Shown here piece after piece: positions 34,976 through 45,062 of a stretch of 49,607 nt of DNA. A program made the position numbers and the translations under genes. Source of the DNA: Deltaproteobacteria bacterium (GTDB taxonomy: Bacteria; Myxococcota_A; Polyangia; Polyangiales; Houyiibacteriaceae); NCBI GenBank assembly GCA_034670305.1, contig JAXMNT010000057.1, positions 1 through 49,607 on the forward strand. The letters run 5' to 3'. Within the stretch, counting starts at the first letter, position 1. Each line of letters begins with the position of its first letter. Under the pieces are notes generated by a model, which was not told the origin of the DNA, searched no databases, and was given only the letters and a program-made list of their open reading frames with translations.

Positions 34976-37150
34976 TTACTCGAGGTTGACGCGGCGGCGG
35001 GTGGTCTGGCCGGACTCGATCGTCACGCTGATGTTCCGGGTGCCGTGCTGCGGGTGGGTGCACGTGATGCGGTGCGGGCCGGCCGAGAGGCTGCTGTTCA
35101 CGATCGGGGTCTGGCCGAGCGAACGACCGTCCACCGAGACGTTGCACCACGGGCGCGCATCGAACGTCAGCGCGCCCGGCGGTCCGTCCGTGGCGGCCAT
35201 GCCCATCGTCATCCGCATGCCCATCGAGGAACTCTCGCGCTCGCGCTCGAGCTCGAACTCGACCTCGGTGATGACGCCGCCGCGGACCGCGACCTCGCGC
35301 TCCTCCGCTTGGTAATGCGTCTTGACCACCCGCACACGGTAGCGCTGCGCATCGACGCGGAACTCGTAGGGGCTGCCGGAGTCGTGGGTCTGTCCGTTGA
35401 ACACCACACGTGCGGTCTCCGGGGTGGTTCGCACCACGAGGAGCCCTTCGTCTTCGCCAAGCGGGGTGCGCTCCAGCGCGATCTCCAAGGGCTCGATTTG
35501 TCCCGCGGTCAGCATCAGCGTGCGGGAGACGGTCTCGTAGCCGTTGAGGGTGATCGCGAGGACGTGTTCGGCGCCCGGTTCGATCTCCGGCACCGTCAGC
35601 GGTGTGGTGCCTTCGACCGGGCTGCCATCGAGCAGCACCGACGCGCCGGGCGGCGTGGTCCGCAACTGCACCACTGCGTAGCTGGCCGCGGTGGGCCGCT
35701 CGAGCGTCGCATCGATGGTCGCGGCGACGGCCGCTTGGGTCAGTTCGACCGTCTCGGTGTACGGCGCGTAGCCCTCCGAGGTGAGCCGAATCTCGTAGTT
35801 GCCGAGCGGCAGCTCCGAGATCGTCAGCGGGGTGCGCTCGGCGCGGCGGTTGCCATCCACCCAGACGGCGGCGCCCGGTGGTGTGCTGGTCAGGGCGATC
35901 GATCCTGGCCCCGTGGGCACGCTCTCAGGCCACAGCTTCCAGGTGGCAAACGCGCCGGCCCCCGCGAGCAGGAGCACCATCAGAAGCAAGAGCCATGGCG
36001 TCTTGCTGGCCTCGCGTTCTCGGATCACCGAGACGCCGGTGAGCGACATCGTGCCACTCATCGAGAAGTCTTCGGGGCTCTGGGCGGCGAGCACTTCGGC
36101 GAGCTGACGGCCCTCCTGGAGCATCTGTTTCTGCTGCGCGAGTTTGTCGTCGAAGAGATCCTGCATCCACGCGCCGAGGCTCAGCGGCGACACCGCGAGC
36201 TGCTCGTCTCGGATGAAGGCCTCCAGGTCCGCCTGGAAGTCGAACGCGGTCGCGTACCGGCGCGCACGATCCGGCGCCAACGCGTGCAGGATGATCTCCT
36301 CGAGCCGCGGGTGCAGGCCGGGGTTGATCGAGCGCGGGGTCGGGTAGTTGCCCTCGACGATGGTCTTGAGCGTCTCGCTCTCGTCCTTGCCGCGGAAGAG
36401 CCGGCGACCGGTACAGAGCTCGAACATCATCACGCCGAGCGAGAACACGTCGCTGCGTCCATCGAGGTCGCGGCCCTGCGCCTGCTCCGGGCTCATGTAC
36501 GGGACCTTGCCCTTGAGCTTGCCCGGCTTCTCTTCTTTGCCGGTGGCGGCCTTCGCGATGCCGAAGTCGACCAGTTTCACGTCGCCGGTGAAGGTCACGA
36601 GCACGTTCTGGGGGCTGACGTCCCGGTGCACGATGCTCAGCGGGTTGCCGTCGAGGTCGCGTTGGTCGTGTGCGAACGCGAGCCCCTTGCAGCAACCGAG
36701 GACGATCGCGAGCGTGTGCTCGAGCGGGAACGACCGCACCGCCTTCTGCTTCATCTGGCGGACGATGGAGCGCAGGTCCTCGCCGTGGACGTGCTCCATC
36801 GCGATGAAGTAGTCGCCCTCGTTGATCCCGACGTCGTAGACCTGGGCGATGTTCGGGTGGTTCAGCGTCGCCGCGATGCGGGCTTCTTGCAGCAGCATCT
36901 GCACGAACGCTTTGTCCTGCGCCAGATCGGGCAGGATGCGTTTGACGACGATCAGTTTCTCGAAGCCAGCGACCGACTTCTGCAGGGCGAGGAAGATCTC
37001 CGCCATGCCGCCCACCGCGAGGCGTCGGAGAAGCGTGTACTTTCCGAAGCGCTTGGGGAGCGATTCGCCGGCCTTTTCGGGAGTGGTCGCCGCGTCGGCC
37101 TGGGTCACGAGTTCAGTGTTCCGGGATGGTGGGGATGCAACTCGGGGCAC
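34976..37150 (-). CDS. Membrane Ser/Thr protein kinase with multiple PEGA domains
   Basis: LAVGGMAE, VVKRILP, HRDVSPQN, DFG and KGKVPYMSPE; TM helix; PEGA motifs STPPGAAVWVDG and TTPPGASVLLDG. Start 37150 or 37108. Confidence 0.95.
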   Translation of the reverse strand: MPRVASPPSRNTELVTQADAATTPEKAGESLPKRFGKYTLLRRLAVGGMAEIFLALQKSVAGFEKLIVVKRILPDLAQDKAFVQMLLQEARIAATLNHPNIAQVYDVGINEGDYFIAMEHVHGEDLRSIVRQMKQKAVRSFPLEHTLAIVLGCCKGLAFAHDQRDLDGNPLSIVHRDVSPQNVLVTFTGDVKLVDFGIAKAATGKEEKPGKLKGKVPYMSPEQAQGRDLDGRSDVFSLGVMMFELCTGRRLFRGKDESETLKTIVEGNYPTPRSINPGLHPRLEEIILHALAPDRARRYATAFDFQADLEAFIRDEQLAVSPLSLGAWMQDLFDDKLAQQKQMLQEGRQLAEVLAAQSPEDFSMSGTMSLTGVSVIREREASKTPWLLLLMVLLLAGAGAFATWKLWPESVPTGPGSIALTSTPPGAAVWVDGNRRAERTPLTISELPLGNYEIRLTSEGYAPYTETVELTQAAVAATIDATLERPTAASYAVVQLRTTPPGASVLLDGSPVEGTTPLTVPEIEPGAEHVLAITLNGYETVSRTLMLTAGQIEPLEIALERTPLGEDEGLLVVRTTPETARVVFNGQTHDSGSPYEFRVDAQRYRVRVVKTHYQAEEREVAVRGGVITEVEFELERERESSSMGMRMTMGMAATDGPPGALTFDARPWCNVSVDGRSLGQTPIVNSSLSAGPHRITCTHPQHGTRNISVTIESGQTTRRRVNLE

Positions 37151-37307
37151 GTCGCCCCCAGCTGGTGCGGAGTTTCGCGACCGGACCGGACCGTGTCAAA
37201 TGGGCGGCGGCCGAAAGCAAGGTTCTCAGACGGAAACACACTGCGTTTGGACACGGACGCGCCGGGTTTGCGCGCGGTGGGGTGGGGGGACGGATCGTCG
37301 GCCGCCA

Positions 37308-37919
37308 TCAGGGCACCAGTCCCTCGACGGAGGACTGCACCTCGCTGGACAACAAGGTGAGCTCGGAGTGCACGGCGTGGGCGGCGGCGGGTTCGATCGC
37401 CAGCCGCGTTCGCCGCGCGAGCACTCGGGTCAGGCGGTCGAGCACCACCGCCACATCGGCGTAGTCGTGCGGGACACCGTGGGCCCGCAGCCGGTCGAGC
37501 AGCCCCCGCACCGCCAGCGATCCATCCTCGCCCCGCCACCGGACCGACGAGAGGGCCGCGGACGCTTCCGCCTCGAGCGCGGCGAGGTACGCGTCGTTCG
37601 CGTCTCCGAGCTGGGTGAGTTCGCCGTCGAGCAAGAGTTCCACGCCGACGTGGGCCACCGCGCGGGCGGTGCCCCAGCGGACGCCCGCTGCATCCAGCCG
37701 CGCGCACGACCGGCGCTGGAAGGCGACGAAAGTCTCCGAGGCGTGAAACAGCGCATCGGTTTGGTGGTGGTGTGCGACACCATCCGCGAGCGGACCCGCG
37801 TCGACGGAGGCGATGCGGCACCCGACCATGCTGGCGAAGTCCGGCAACATCGATCCGAGCACGAACGCCGGCGAGGCGCTCTCTCGGACAGCGACATGTG
37901 CATGGCCGAAGAAGTTCAT
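37308..37919 (-). CDS. ACP phosphodiesterase (AcpH)-like HD-fold protein
   Basis: MNFFGH, LGSMLPDF, GVAHHHQTDALFH and AHVGVELLLD. ATGA overlap with miaA. Confidence 0.7.
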   Translation of the reverse strand: MNFFGHAHVAVRESASPAFVLGSMLPDFASMVGCRIASVDAGPLADGVAHHHQTDALFHASETFVAFQRRSCARLDAAGVRWGTARAVAHVGVELLLDGELTQLGDANDAYLAALEAEASAALSSVRWRGEDGSLAVRGLLDRLRAHGVPHDYADVAVVLDRLTRVLARRTRLAIEPAAAHAVHSELTLLSSEVQSSVEGLVP

Positions 37920-38881
37920 GCGTCCGTTGAAGTGGGCAAGGTGCCGTCGCGCAGAAAGTCTTCGAGCGTGGCGGCGAACGTCTCCGACCCGAGCGACTCC
38001 GGCGTCGCTGTCAGGTGCACGCCAGGCTCCGATTGAAACCAGGTGCGCTGTCGGCGCGCGTAGGTGCGGGTGGCTTTTCGAATGGCGGCGGGCAGCGCCT
38101 CCGCGGAGAGTGTGCCCTCGAGGTGCGCCGACACCTGCCGGTACCCGACGCTCCCGAACGCGCGCGCTTCGGTGCCGTGTCGCGCGCGCAAGCGGCGGAC
38201 CTCGTCTACCCAACCGGCGGCCAGCATGGCGTCGATCCGCTGCTCGATGCGGCGCGTGAGGTCGGCTGGGTCGCGCTCCAGCACGACGAAGAGGTTCGGG
38301 TAGCGCGCCGCGCCGAGGGCGTGTTCGCGTCGCAGTTCACCGAGGGGTCGGCCCGTCTGCTCGAACACCTCGAGCGCACGCACGATGCGCAACGCGTCGT
38401 TCGGATGGATCGCGCCGGCTGCCAACGGGTCGATCTTCGAAAGCCTCTCGTGGAGCGCGGGCGCGCCCATCGATTCCGCCTGCTCTTCGAGGCGTTCTCG
38501 GATCGCGGGGTCGGGAAGGGGCACGTCCACCAACCCTCGGACCAGCGCGCGGATCCACAACCCCGTACCGCCGACCACGATCGGAAGTCGACCGCGCGCC
38601 GCGATGTCGGCGATCGCCTCGTCCGCGCGTCGAGCGAAGCCCATCGCGTCGATCGGCGTCTCCGGATCGACCACATCGATGAGGTGGTGTGGCACCCCAT
38701 CGAGCTCCTTGCGGTTCGGTTTTGCGGAGCCGATGTCGAACCCGCGGTAGACCTGGACGCTGTCCGCGCCGATCAGCTCGCCGTCGTGGAGGCGCGCGAT
38801 CCGCAGCGCACACTCCGTCTTGCCGATCGCGGTCGGTCCGGCGAGCACCACGAGGCGGGGCCGGTGTTCGGGTGCGGTCAC
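37916..38881 (-). CDS. miaA: tRNA dimethylallyltransferase
   Basis: GPTAIGKT, ADSVQVYRGFDIGSAKP, VVGGTGL and TRTYARRQRTWF. GTGA overlap with mutL. Confidence 0.97.
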   Translation of the reverse strand: MTAPEHRPRLVVLAGPTAIGKTECALRIARLHDGELIGADSVQVYRGFDIGSAKPNRKELDGVPHHLIDVVDPETPIDAMGFARRADEAIADIAARGRLPIVVGGTGLWIRALVRGLVDVPLPDPAIRERLEEQAESMGAPALHERLSKIDPLAAGAIHPNDALRIVRALEVFEQTGRPLGELRREHALGAARYPNLFVVLERDPADLTRRIEQRIDAMLAAGWVDEVRRLRARHGTEARAFGSVGYRQVSAHLEGTLSAEALPAAIRKATRTYARRQRTWFQSEPGVHLTATPESLGSETFAATLEDFLRDGTLPTSTDA

Positions 38882-40725
38882 CCGGTCACGCTCGACGGAC
38901 CGCCGGGGGTTCCCTTGACCGGCTCGTGACCGCCACCCGCGTCGCCCTGGAGGTCGACGAAGTCGAATCTGCGCGCGACGCCCGAGAATCGCGCCACGAG
39001 TGGGGCGATGTCGTGCAGCGTCGTCCCCTGCGCCAACGACACATCCATCACGCGCGCGGCCGCGAGTTCGCGCAGGTCGCGTTCGAGCGCGGCTTCGAAG
39101 AGCGCGTCGAGATCGCACTCGACCACAAATCGATCGTCGAGGGAGGGAAGGGTGTGCACCGCCACGGTGCGGTCGCCGAGCGCTTCGACTTCGAGCCCGA
39201 ACGCTTCGAGGTCGGCCTTGCGCTGGACCAGCACCGCGACCTCTTCTTCGCTCAGCTCGACGCGTTCGGGGAACATCAACCGCACGGAGGGCAGCGCCTC
39301 GGCGCACGCGTTCCAGTCGGCGAGTGTGGCCCGGCGCACCAGCGCCACGGGGTCGACGACGTGAAGTGCCGAGCGCCACGCAAAGAGGAAGAGGCCACCG
39401 GCCTGCCCGATGGGGGCCGGCGCATCGACCGACGCGCGTTCGGTTGGTTTGGAACCGGTCTCCACAGCGGTCGCAGGCGCGCCCGCCACCGGGCCCACCT
39501 GTTCACGGAGCGCGGCGGCGAGTTCGAGCGGCGTCTCGGTGGACTCCGGTGCACCGGCTGCGGGTGCCGCGTCGTCGTCGTCGTCGCTCTTGGAGCTCGG
39601 TCCCGCCGGCAGGCGCTCGTCCCAGAACTTCGCCGCCCTTGCGAGTGCGCTTGGTGCACCGCCGGTGGTCGCCCCCTGCGTTCCGGTCTGCGGAGTGTCG
39701 CCGACGGCGCGCGCTTCCGCCGCGCCGCCTTCGACCCCGCCGTCCCAGCGCGACGTGCCGAGGCCCTTGGTGAGGATGCGCGTGATCGCGTCCTGCACGC
39801 GTTGCAGGCGCGCGAAACGCACCTCGAGTTTTCGCGGGTGGGCGTTCGGGTCCACCTCCCTCGGGTCCGTCTGCAAGTACACCGCACCCTTTGGGTACTT
39901 GCCTTTCTCGAGCGTGTCACCGAACGCGAACGCGACGGCCCGGCCGATCGGCACGCTCTCGAATGGGCGGCCGTTGACGAAGAGCCGCAGCCACCGAAGG
40001 CCGGTGCGCGCGGTCTCGGGCGACTCGAGCACGGCGAGCAGTTTCACGCCGTCGATTTCCCCTTCGATGACCGAGAGCGGTTCGTCGAACTCCGCCTGGG
40101 CCCTCTCGGTCAGGTTCGCGACCGGCAGGTACTGACGCACCATGCGGCCGTTGCTCGTGTACGAGAGCCGGAGCGCTGGATGTGCCAGCGCGACGTCGAA
40201 ACAGGTGCGGCCGACGTGGGCCGCTTCGGTCGTGCGGGCGCGGAGGAAGTTCCGGCGCACCGGCAGGTTGTAGAAGAGCTCGTCGATTTCGATGCTGGTG
40301 CCCGGCGGGCAGCCAACCGGTTTGAGCACCGCCGGCGCGCCCCCATGCACGACGACCTCGGTGCCCTGGACCGCATCCCGTGCTCGGGTGACGAGTCGAA
40401 ATCGAGAGACCGAAGCGATGGCGGCCAGCGCTTCTCCGCGGAAGCCCATCGTCTGAACGACCTCGAGATCTTGCAGGGTCCGAATCTTGGACGTCGCGTG
40501 CCGTTTGACGCACATCGCGGCGTCTTCCGGGTCCATGCCCATCCCGTCGTCCACGATCCGGATCCGCTCGCGGCCGCCCTCGACGATCTCGACCGAGATC
40601 GTCGTCGCGCCGGCGTCCAAGCTGTTCTCCAGCAGCTCTTTGACCACGCTGGACGGGCGTTCCACCACCTCTCCCGCGGCGATCTGGTCCACGAGGGCGT
40701 CGTCGAGTTGCTGGATTCGGGCCAC
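38878..40725 (-). CDS. mutL: DNA mismatch repair protein MutL with degenerate C-terminal endonuclease motifs
   Basis: QIAAGEVVERPSSVVKELLENSLDAGA, DDGMGM, RHATSKI, MGFRGEAL and VDPNAHPRKLEVRF. Start 40725 or 40740. Confidence 0.93.
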   Translation of the reverse strand: MARIQQLDDALVDQIAAGEVVERPSSVVKELLENSLDAGATTISVEIVEGGRERIRIVDDGMGMDPEDAAMCVKRHATSKIRTLQDLEVVQTMGFRGEALAAIASVSRFRLVTRARDAVQGTEVVVHGGAPAVLKPVGCPPGTSIEIDELFYNLPVRRNFLRARTTEAAHVGRTCFDVALAHPALRLSYTSNGRMVRQYLPVANLTERAQAEFDEPLSVIEGEIDGVKLLAVLESPETARTGLRWLRLFVNGRPFESVPIGRAVAFAFGDTLEKGKYPKGAVYLQTDPREVDPNAHPRKLEVRFARLQRVQDAITRILTKGLGTSRWDGGVEGGAAEARAVGDTPQTGTQGATTGGAPSALARAAKFWDERLPAGPSSKSDDDDDAAPAAGAPESTETPLELAAALREQVGPVAGAPATAVETGSKPTERASVDAPAPIGQAGGLFLFAWRSALHVVDPVALVRRATLADWNACAEALPSVRLMFPERVELSEEEVAVLVQRKADLEAFGLEVEALGDRTVAVHTLPSLDDRFVVECDLDALFEAALERDLRELAAARVMDVSLAQGTTLHDIAPLVARFSGVARRFDFVDLQGDAGGGHEPVKGTPGGPSSVTG

Positions 40726-40824
40726 GGGGATCGGTACCACCGCCCCGTTCTTCCTGCAATCCTGACGAGAGATAAACCCGTGTAGTTGCAGGGGAAATCG
40801 CCTGGGTGCGCTGTGTCGTCGACG

Positions 40825-40853
40825 TTGACCCCCCAAGGTCGAACTGTTACGGT
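40825..40853 (+). promoter_or_regulatory. Putative sigma70-type promoter for the kinase at 40912
   Basis: TTGACC (40825-30), 17-bp spacer, TACGGT (40848-53) preceded by an extended -10 TGn, in the AT-richer divergent intergenic region. Confidence 0.5.
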
Positions 40854-40911
40854 CTGTCTCTATCTTTCACGGGGCTTTTGACCGTCGATCACACGAACGA
40901 CGGGACGACAC

Positions 40912-42570
40912 ATGAAGAAGATCTGTCCGATCTGCAAAGACGAGTACGACGGCGGCGAGGTCTTCTGCCCCGTCGATGCGGCTCGACTCGTCACTGCCTC
41001 GCAGATGAGCGCTTCGCCGAGCAACCCGGACGATCCGCTCGTCGGGACGTCGTTCGACAAGTACCGCGTCATCAAACGCATCGGCGAAGGCGGCATGGGT
41101 CTCGTCTACCTGGCCGAGCACACCGTCATCGAGAAGCAGGTCGCGATGAAGGTCCTGCGCGACGACTTCTCGAGACGCCCCGAAGTCGTTCAGCGGTTCC
41201 GGCAGGAAGCGAAGAGCGCGTCCCGCATCGGCCACGAACACATCGTCGACATCTCCGACTTCGGCACGACACCGGCCGGACAGTCGTACTTCGTCATGGA
41301 GTACCTGGAGGGCGACGACCTCGCGAACATTCTCGCGAAGGAAGTCGCGTTCGGTCCGGATCGCGCGATTCCCATCCTGCTCCAGTGTTGTCGGGCGCTG
41401 GGTGCGGCCCACTCGAAGGGCATCGTGCACCGAGACATGAAGCCGGAGAACATCTTCATCGTCGAACGCGACGACCATCCGGACTTCGTGAAGATCGTGG
41501 ACTTCGGCATCGCGAAGATGTCCGACATCGAGACCCCTGGAGAACCCGGCCGCAAGCTCACCAAGACCGGGATGATCTTCGGCACCCCCGAGTACATGTC
41601 GCCCGAACAAGCGGCGGGCAAAGAGCTCGACCACCGCGTCGACGTGTACGCGCTCGGCGTGATCTTGTTCGAGCTTCTCACGGGGCGGGTGCCTTTCGTC
41701 GGCGACAGCTTCATGGGCATCCTCACCCAGCACATGTTCGAAGAGCCGCCCCCACTGCGGGACGTCAACGCGCAGGTGCGGTGCAGCAGCGAACTCGAGA
41801 TGGTCGTCTACAAGGCGCTCGCGAAGGACGCGGACCACCGCTACCAGGACATGGAAGCGCTTGGCGAAGCCCTGCAGGAGGCTGCGCATGGCCGCGTGAG
41901 TGCCGCCACCCTCCACGGCTTCGGCGAACCGGTGAAAGCGCCCCGCAGAGCGGCGCGTGCGCTCTCGATGACCAGCGCCGACGACTTTCCGGCCGGCACC
42001 GTGCCGAAGAACAAGGGTGGGCTGATGGCGCTCATCGCGGTCGCGCTCATCGCAGTGGGTGCGGGCGGCGTCTGGTTCGCGCTCAAGGGAGACCGGAACC
42101 AGGCGAACGCCGACGTGCACGTCACGCCGCTCCCGGTGCCGGACCCCGTCGGCGATCCTCCGGGGCCGCTCGTGGGCACCACCGAAACCGAGACCGAGAC
42201 CGAGACCGAGACCGAAACCGAGACCGAGACCGAGACCGAGACCGAACCCGCGCTCGTGCCGGTGACGATCGAGACGCGGCCCGGCGACGGCGCGACGGTG
42301 ACCGTGGACGGCCCAACCGAAGGGTGCAGCCCCACGCCGTGCACGATTCACGCCCCGCCAGGCGTGCCGCTGCAGGTGCACGCGACGCTCGGACGCAGCA
42401 TCGGCCGGATCGACGTCACCCCGGAGGTCGCCACCACCGTGCAGGTGGTGCTCGTGCCGCAGCGCTCCCGCGTCGGCATGCGTGTGCGCATGACGGAGAT
42501 GGCCGCAGGCACTGAGGATTCGTCGATGATGCGCAGCAGCAAGCTCAAGGTCCCGACGATCTTCCAGTAA
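40912..42570 (+). CDS. Membrane Ser/Thr protein kinase with N-terminal CPxC/CPxD finger and PEGA-like domain
   Basis: GEGGMG, VAMK, HRDMKPEN, DFG and GTPEYMSPE; TM helix; (TE)n linker. Confidence 0.95.
   Translation: MKKICPICKDEYDGGEVFCPVDAARLVTASQMSASPSNPDDPLVGTSFDKYRVIKRIGEGGMGLVYLAEHTVIEKQVAMKVLRDDFSRRPEVVQRFRQEAKSASRIGHEHIVDISDFGTTPAGQSYFVMEYLEGDDLANILAKEVAFGPDRAIPILLQCCRALGAAHSKGIVHRDMKPENIFIVERDDHPDFVKIVDFGIAKMSDIETPGEPGRKLTKTGMIFGTPEYMSPEQAAGKELDHRVDVYALGVILFELLTGRVPFVGDSFMGILTQHMFEEPPPLRDVNAQVRCSSELEMVVYKALAKDADHRYQDMEALGEALQEAAHGRVSAATLHGFGEPVKAPRRAARALSMTSADDFPAGTVPKNKGGLMALIAVALIAVGAGGVWFALKGDRNQANADVHVTPLPVPDPVGDPPGPLVGTTETETETETETETETETETETEPALVPVTIETRPGDGATVTVDGPTEGCSPTPCTIHAPPGVPLQVHATLGRSIGRIDVTPEVATTVQVVLVPQRSRVGMRVRMTEMAAGTEDSSMMRSSKLKVPTIFQ
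42181..42246 (+). repeat. (ACCGAG/ACCGAA)11 encoding a (Thr-Glu)11 linker
   Basis: Directly visible. Higher-order 30-bp unit (one ACCGAA + four ACCGAG) occurs twice. Confidence 0.95.
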
Positions 42571-42626
42571 CGCGCGATCACGCCGACGCTTGCGCCCACG
42601 AGGATCCGACACACTCTCTGCGCTCC

Positions 42627-45017
42627 GTGACCGACCCCTCCACATCCTCCAAGCCCACCCAGGGCGACAAGACGCTCGACGACCTGAGTTGGCAGCAGGT
42701 CGTCGATGCAGTGGCCGCGCGCTGTCGTGGTCCACTGGGCGTGCGCTGTGTCGTGCCGATCGCGACGACGATCGAAGGCGCCCGCATCGCGAGCGCGGAG
42801 ACCGCGGAGTGTCTGCAGTTGTGCGCGCGAGGCGAAGCCTTGCCGCTCGAAGGGTTCTCCGAGGTCGGGCCACATCTGCTCCGGGTGCTGCGCGGCGGGG
42901 TGCTGGACGTGGTGGCGCTGCTCGACGTGCTCCGCCTCGTGGGGGCGGCGCGCTCCTTGCGCCGGTTCCTCCACGCGCGACGAGAACAGGCCACCCACCT
43001 CATCCAGGCCTGCCCTCTCGATCCATCGCTCGATCGACTGCACGAGGAACTCTCACCGTCGCTGCGATCGGACGGAACACTCGACGACCGGGCGAGCCCG
43101 ATGCTCCAGAAGTTGCGCGCCGAGACCAGCAACCTGCGTGGCCGCATCGTGCGCCGCCTGGAGTCGATGCTCTTGAAGCACGAAGCGATCCTCCAGGATC
43201 GTTTTCACACGTTGCGTGAAGGCCGGTACGTCATCCCCGTGCGCCGCGACGCACACGAGAAGTTGCCCGGCATCGTGCACGGCACGAGCGCGAGTGGTGC
43301 GACTGTGTTCGTCGAACCGCGCGGCCTGGTGGAACAGGGCAACCGCCTCAAGATGGCGGAAGGGGAACTCGCGCGCGAAGAAGCCCGCATCCTTGCGGAG
43401 CTGACGGAGCTGGTGCGTGAACGACACGCGAGTCTCCGCGCGGCCGCCGATGCGATGGACCACGCCGATCTGCGCCAGGCGTCGGCGCAGCTCGGCGTCG
43501 ACCAGGGCGGGCACATGCTGCCCATCGACGACGACGCGCGCATCGAACTGCATCAGGCGCGTCACCCGGTGCTGCTGCTCGATGGAGTCGAAGTGGTGCC
43601 GAACGATCTCGCGCTGCGTCAGGGCGAAGGCATCGTGTTCTCCGGTCCGAACGCGGGCGGCAAGACGGTGGCGCTCAAGACACTCGGGCTCGCGGCATTG
43701 ATGACGCGTGCGGGTTTGCCTTTTCCGGCCGGTCCCGAGAGCCGCTCCGGGTTCTTCGCCAACGTGCACACGGACGTGGGCGACGAGCAGTCGCTCCAGA
43801 CCAACCTGTCGACGTTCTCCGCCCACATCACGAACATCGCGCGGATCCTCGCCGACGTCTCTCGAGGTCGCGGTGCGTCCCTGGTGCTGCTCGACGAACT
43901 CGCGGGCGGCACCGATCCGGAGGAGGGTGCGGCGCTGGCGTGTGCGGTCGTCGACGCGTTGTGTCGCGCGGGCGCCGCGGTCGCCGTGACCACCCACTAC
44001 GAGCCACTGAAGGCCATGGCGGGCGGGGACGCGCGGCTTCAGAACGCGGCGGTCGGGTTCGATGTGGAGGCGATGGCGCCGACCTTCGAGTTGACCCTTG
44101 GCGTGCCTGGCGCGTCGAGCGCGCTCGATGTGGCGCAGCGGTTCGGCATCTCGAAAGAGATCATCGAGACCGCGCGGGCGGTGTTGCCGGAGCGCACCCG
44201 AAGCGTCGACGCGTTGGTCCAGGAGCTGGAGACCGCGCGACGGACCCTCGCGATCGATCGGGCCAAGCTGGACGATGAAACCCAGCGACTCGCCAAGGAG
44301 CGTCAGGTCGTGCGCGCCCGCGAAGAAGCGGCCGCCCGCAAGCGCCGGGACGAGCTCGACGAAGAAGCGGGCAAACTCCGCAGCGCACTGCGGCAGGCCC
44401 GGGAAGACGTTCGGCTCGCGCGCCGGTTGCTCAAGCAGAAGGCGGACGCGAAGACGGCGGAAGGGGTGAAGCGTCGGATCGACGAAGCCGCGAAAGTCGC
44501 GGCCCGACACCCAGAGAAGCGTCCGGAGCTTCCGAGCGGGACCCCCGCGCAGCCCGAGGACCTCGTGCCGGGCGTGAAGGTCTGGGTGCCGAAACTCCGC
44601 GCGGAGGCCGAGGTGCTCGAGATGCCGCGGCGCAAGTCGGTGCGGGTCGCGGCGGGTGCGTTGCGACTGTGGGTGGACGTGAGCGGCCTCTTGCTTCGAG
44701 ACGCGGATCCGAAGCCCGCGCCCAAGCCTCCCAAACCCGATCCTGTCCGTGGTCCGGCCCGGGCCCAAGCGCCGGACAACACGCTGGATGTGCGCGGACT
44801 TCGGGTGGACGACGCGCTCGGCATGACGACGAGTTTTCTCGACCGGATGTTCGGTGCCTCCGAATCCGTCGCGTACATCCTGCACGGGGTGGGCACCGGC
44901 GCTCTGCGCGACGCCATTCGAACCCTGCTCGGAGAGCAGTCGAACTACGTCCGTTCCTACCGCACCGGCACCTCCGAAGAAGGCGGCGAGCGCCTCACCG
45001 TCGTCACGCTCACCTAG
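42627..45017 (+). CDS. mutS2: Endonuclease MutS2 (ATPase + Smr domain)
   Basis: GIVHGTSASGATVFVEP, GPNAGGKT, LSTFSAH and LLDELAGGTDPEEG; Smr domain LDVRGLRVDDA...LHGVGTGALR. Confidence 0.96.
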   Translation: MTDPSTSSKPTQGDKTLDDLSWQQVVDAVAARCRGPLGVRCVVPIATTIEGARIASAETAECLQLCARGEALPLEGFSEVGPHLLRVLRGGVLDVVALLDVLRLVGAARSLRRFLHARREQATHLIQACPLDPSLDRLHEELSPSLRSDGTLDDRASPMLQKLRAETSNLRGRIVRRLESMLLKHEAILQDRFHTLREGRYVIPVRRDAHEKLPGIVHGTSASGATVFVEPRGLVEQGNRLKMAEGELAREEARILAELTELVRERHASLRAAADAMDHADLRQASAQLGVDQGGHMLPIDDDARIELHQARHPVLLLDGVEVVPNDLALRQGEGIVFSGPNAGGKTVALKTLGLAALMTRAGLPFPAGPESRSGFFANVHTDVGDEQSLQTNLSTFSAHITNIARILADVSRGRGASLVLLDELAGGTDPEEGAALACAVVDALCRAGAAVAVTTHYEPLKAMAGGDARLQNAAVGFDVEAMAPTFELTLGVPGASSALDVAQRFGISKEIIETARAVLPERTRSVDALVQELETARRTLAIDRAKLDDETQRLAKERQVVRAREEAAARKRRDELDEEAGKLRSALRQAREDVRLARRLLKQKADAKTAEGVKRRIDEAAKVAARHPEKRPELPSGTPAQPEDLVPGVKVWVPKLRAEAEVLEMPRRKSVRVAAGALRLWVDVSGLLLRDADPKPAPKPPKPDPVRGPARAQAPDNTLDVRGLRVDDALGMTTSFLDRMFGASESVAYILHGVGTGALRDAIRTLLGEQSNYVRSYRTGTSEEGGERLTVVTLT

Positions 45018-45062
45018 GGCCGCCAGTCGAGCGAAGCGAGCCAGGCCCGTAGTGCCAGGAAA

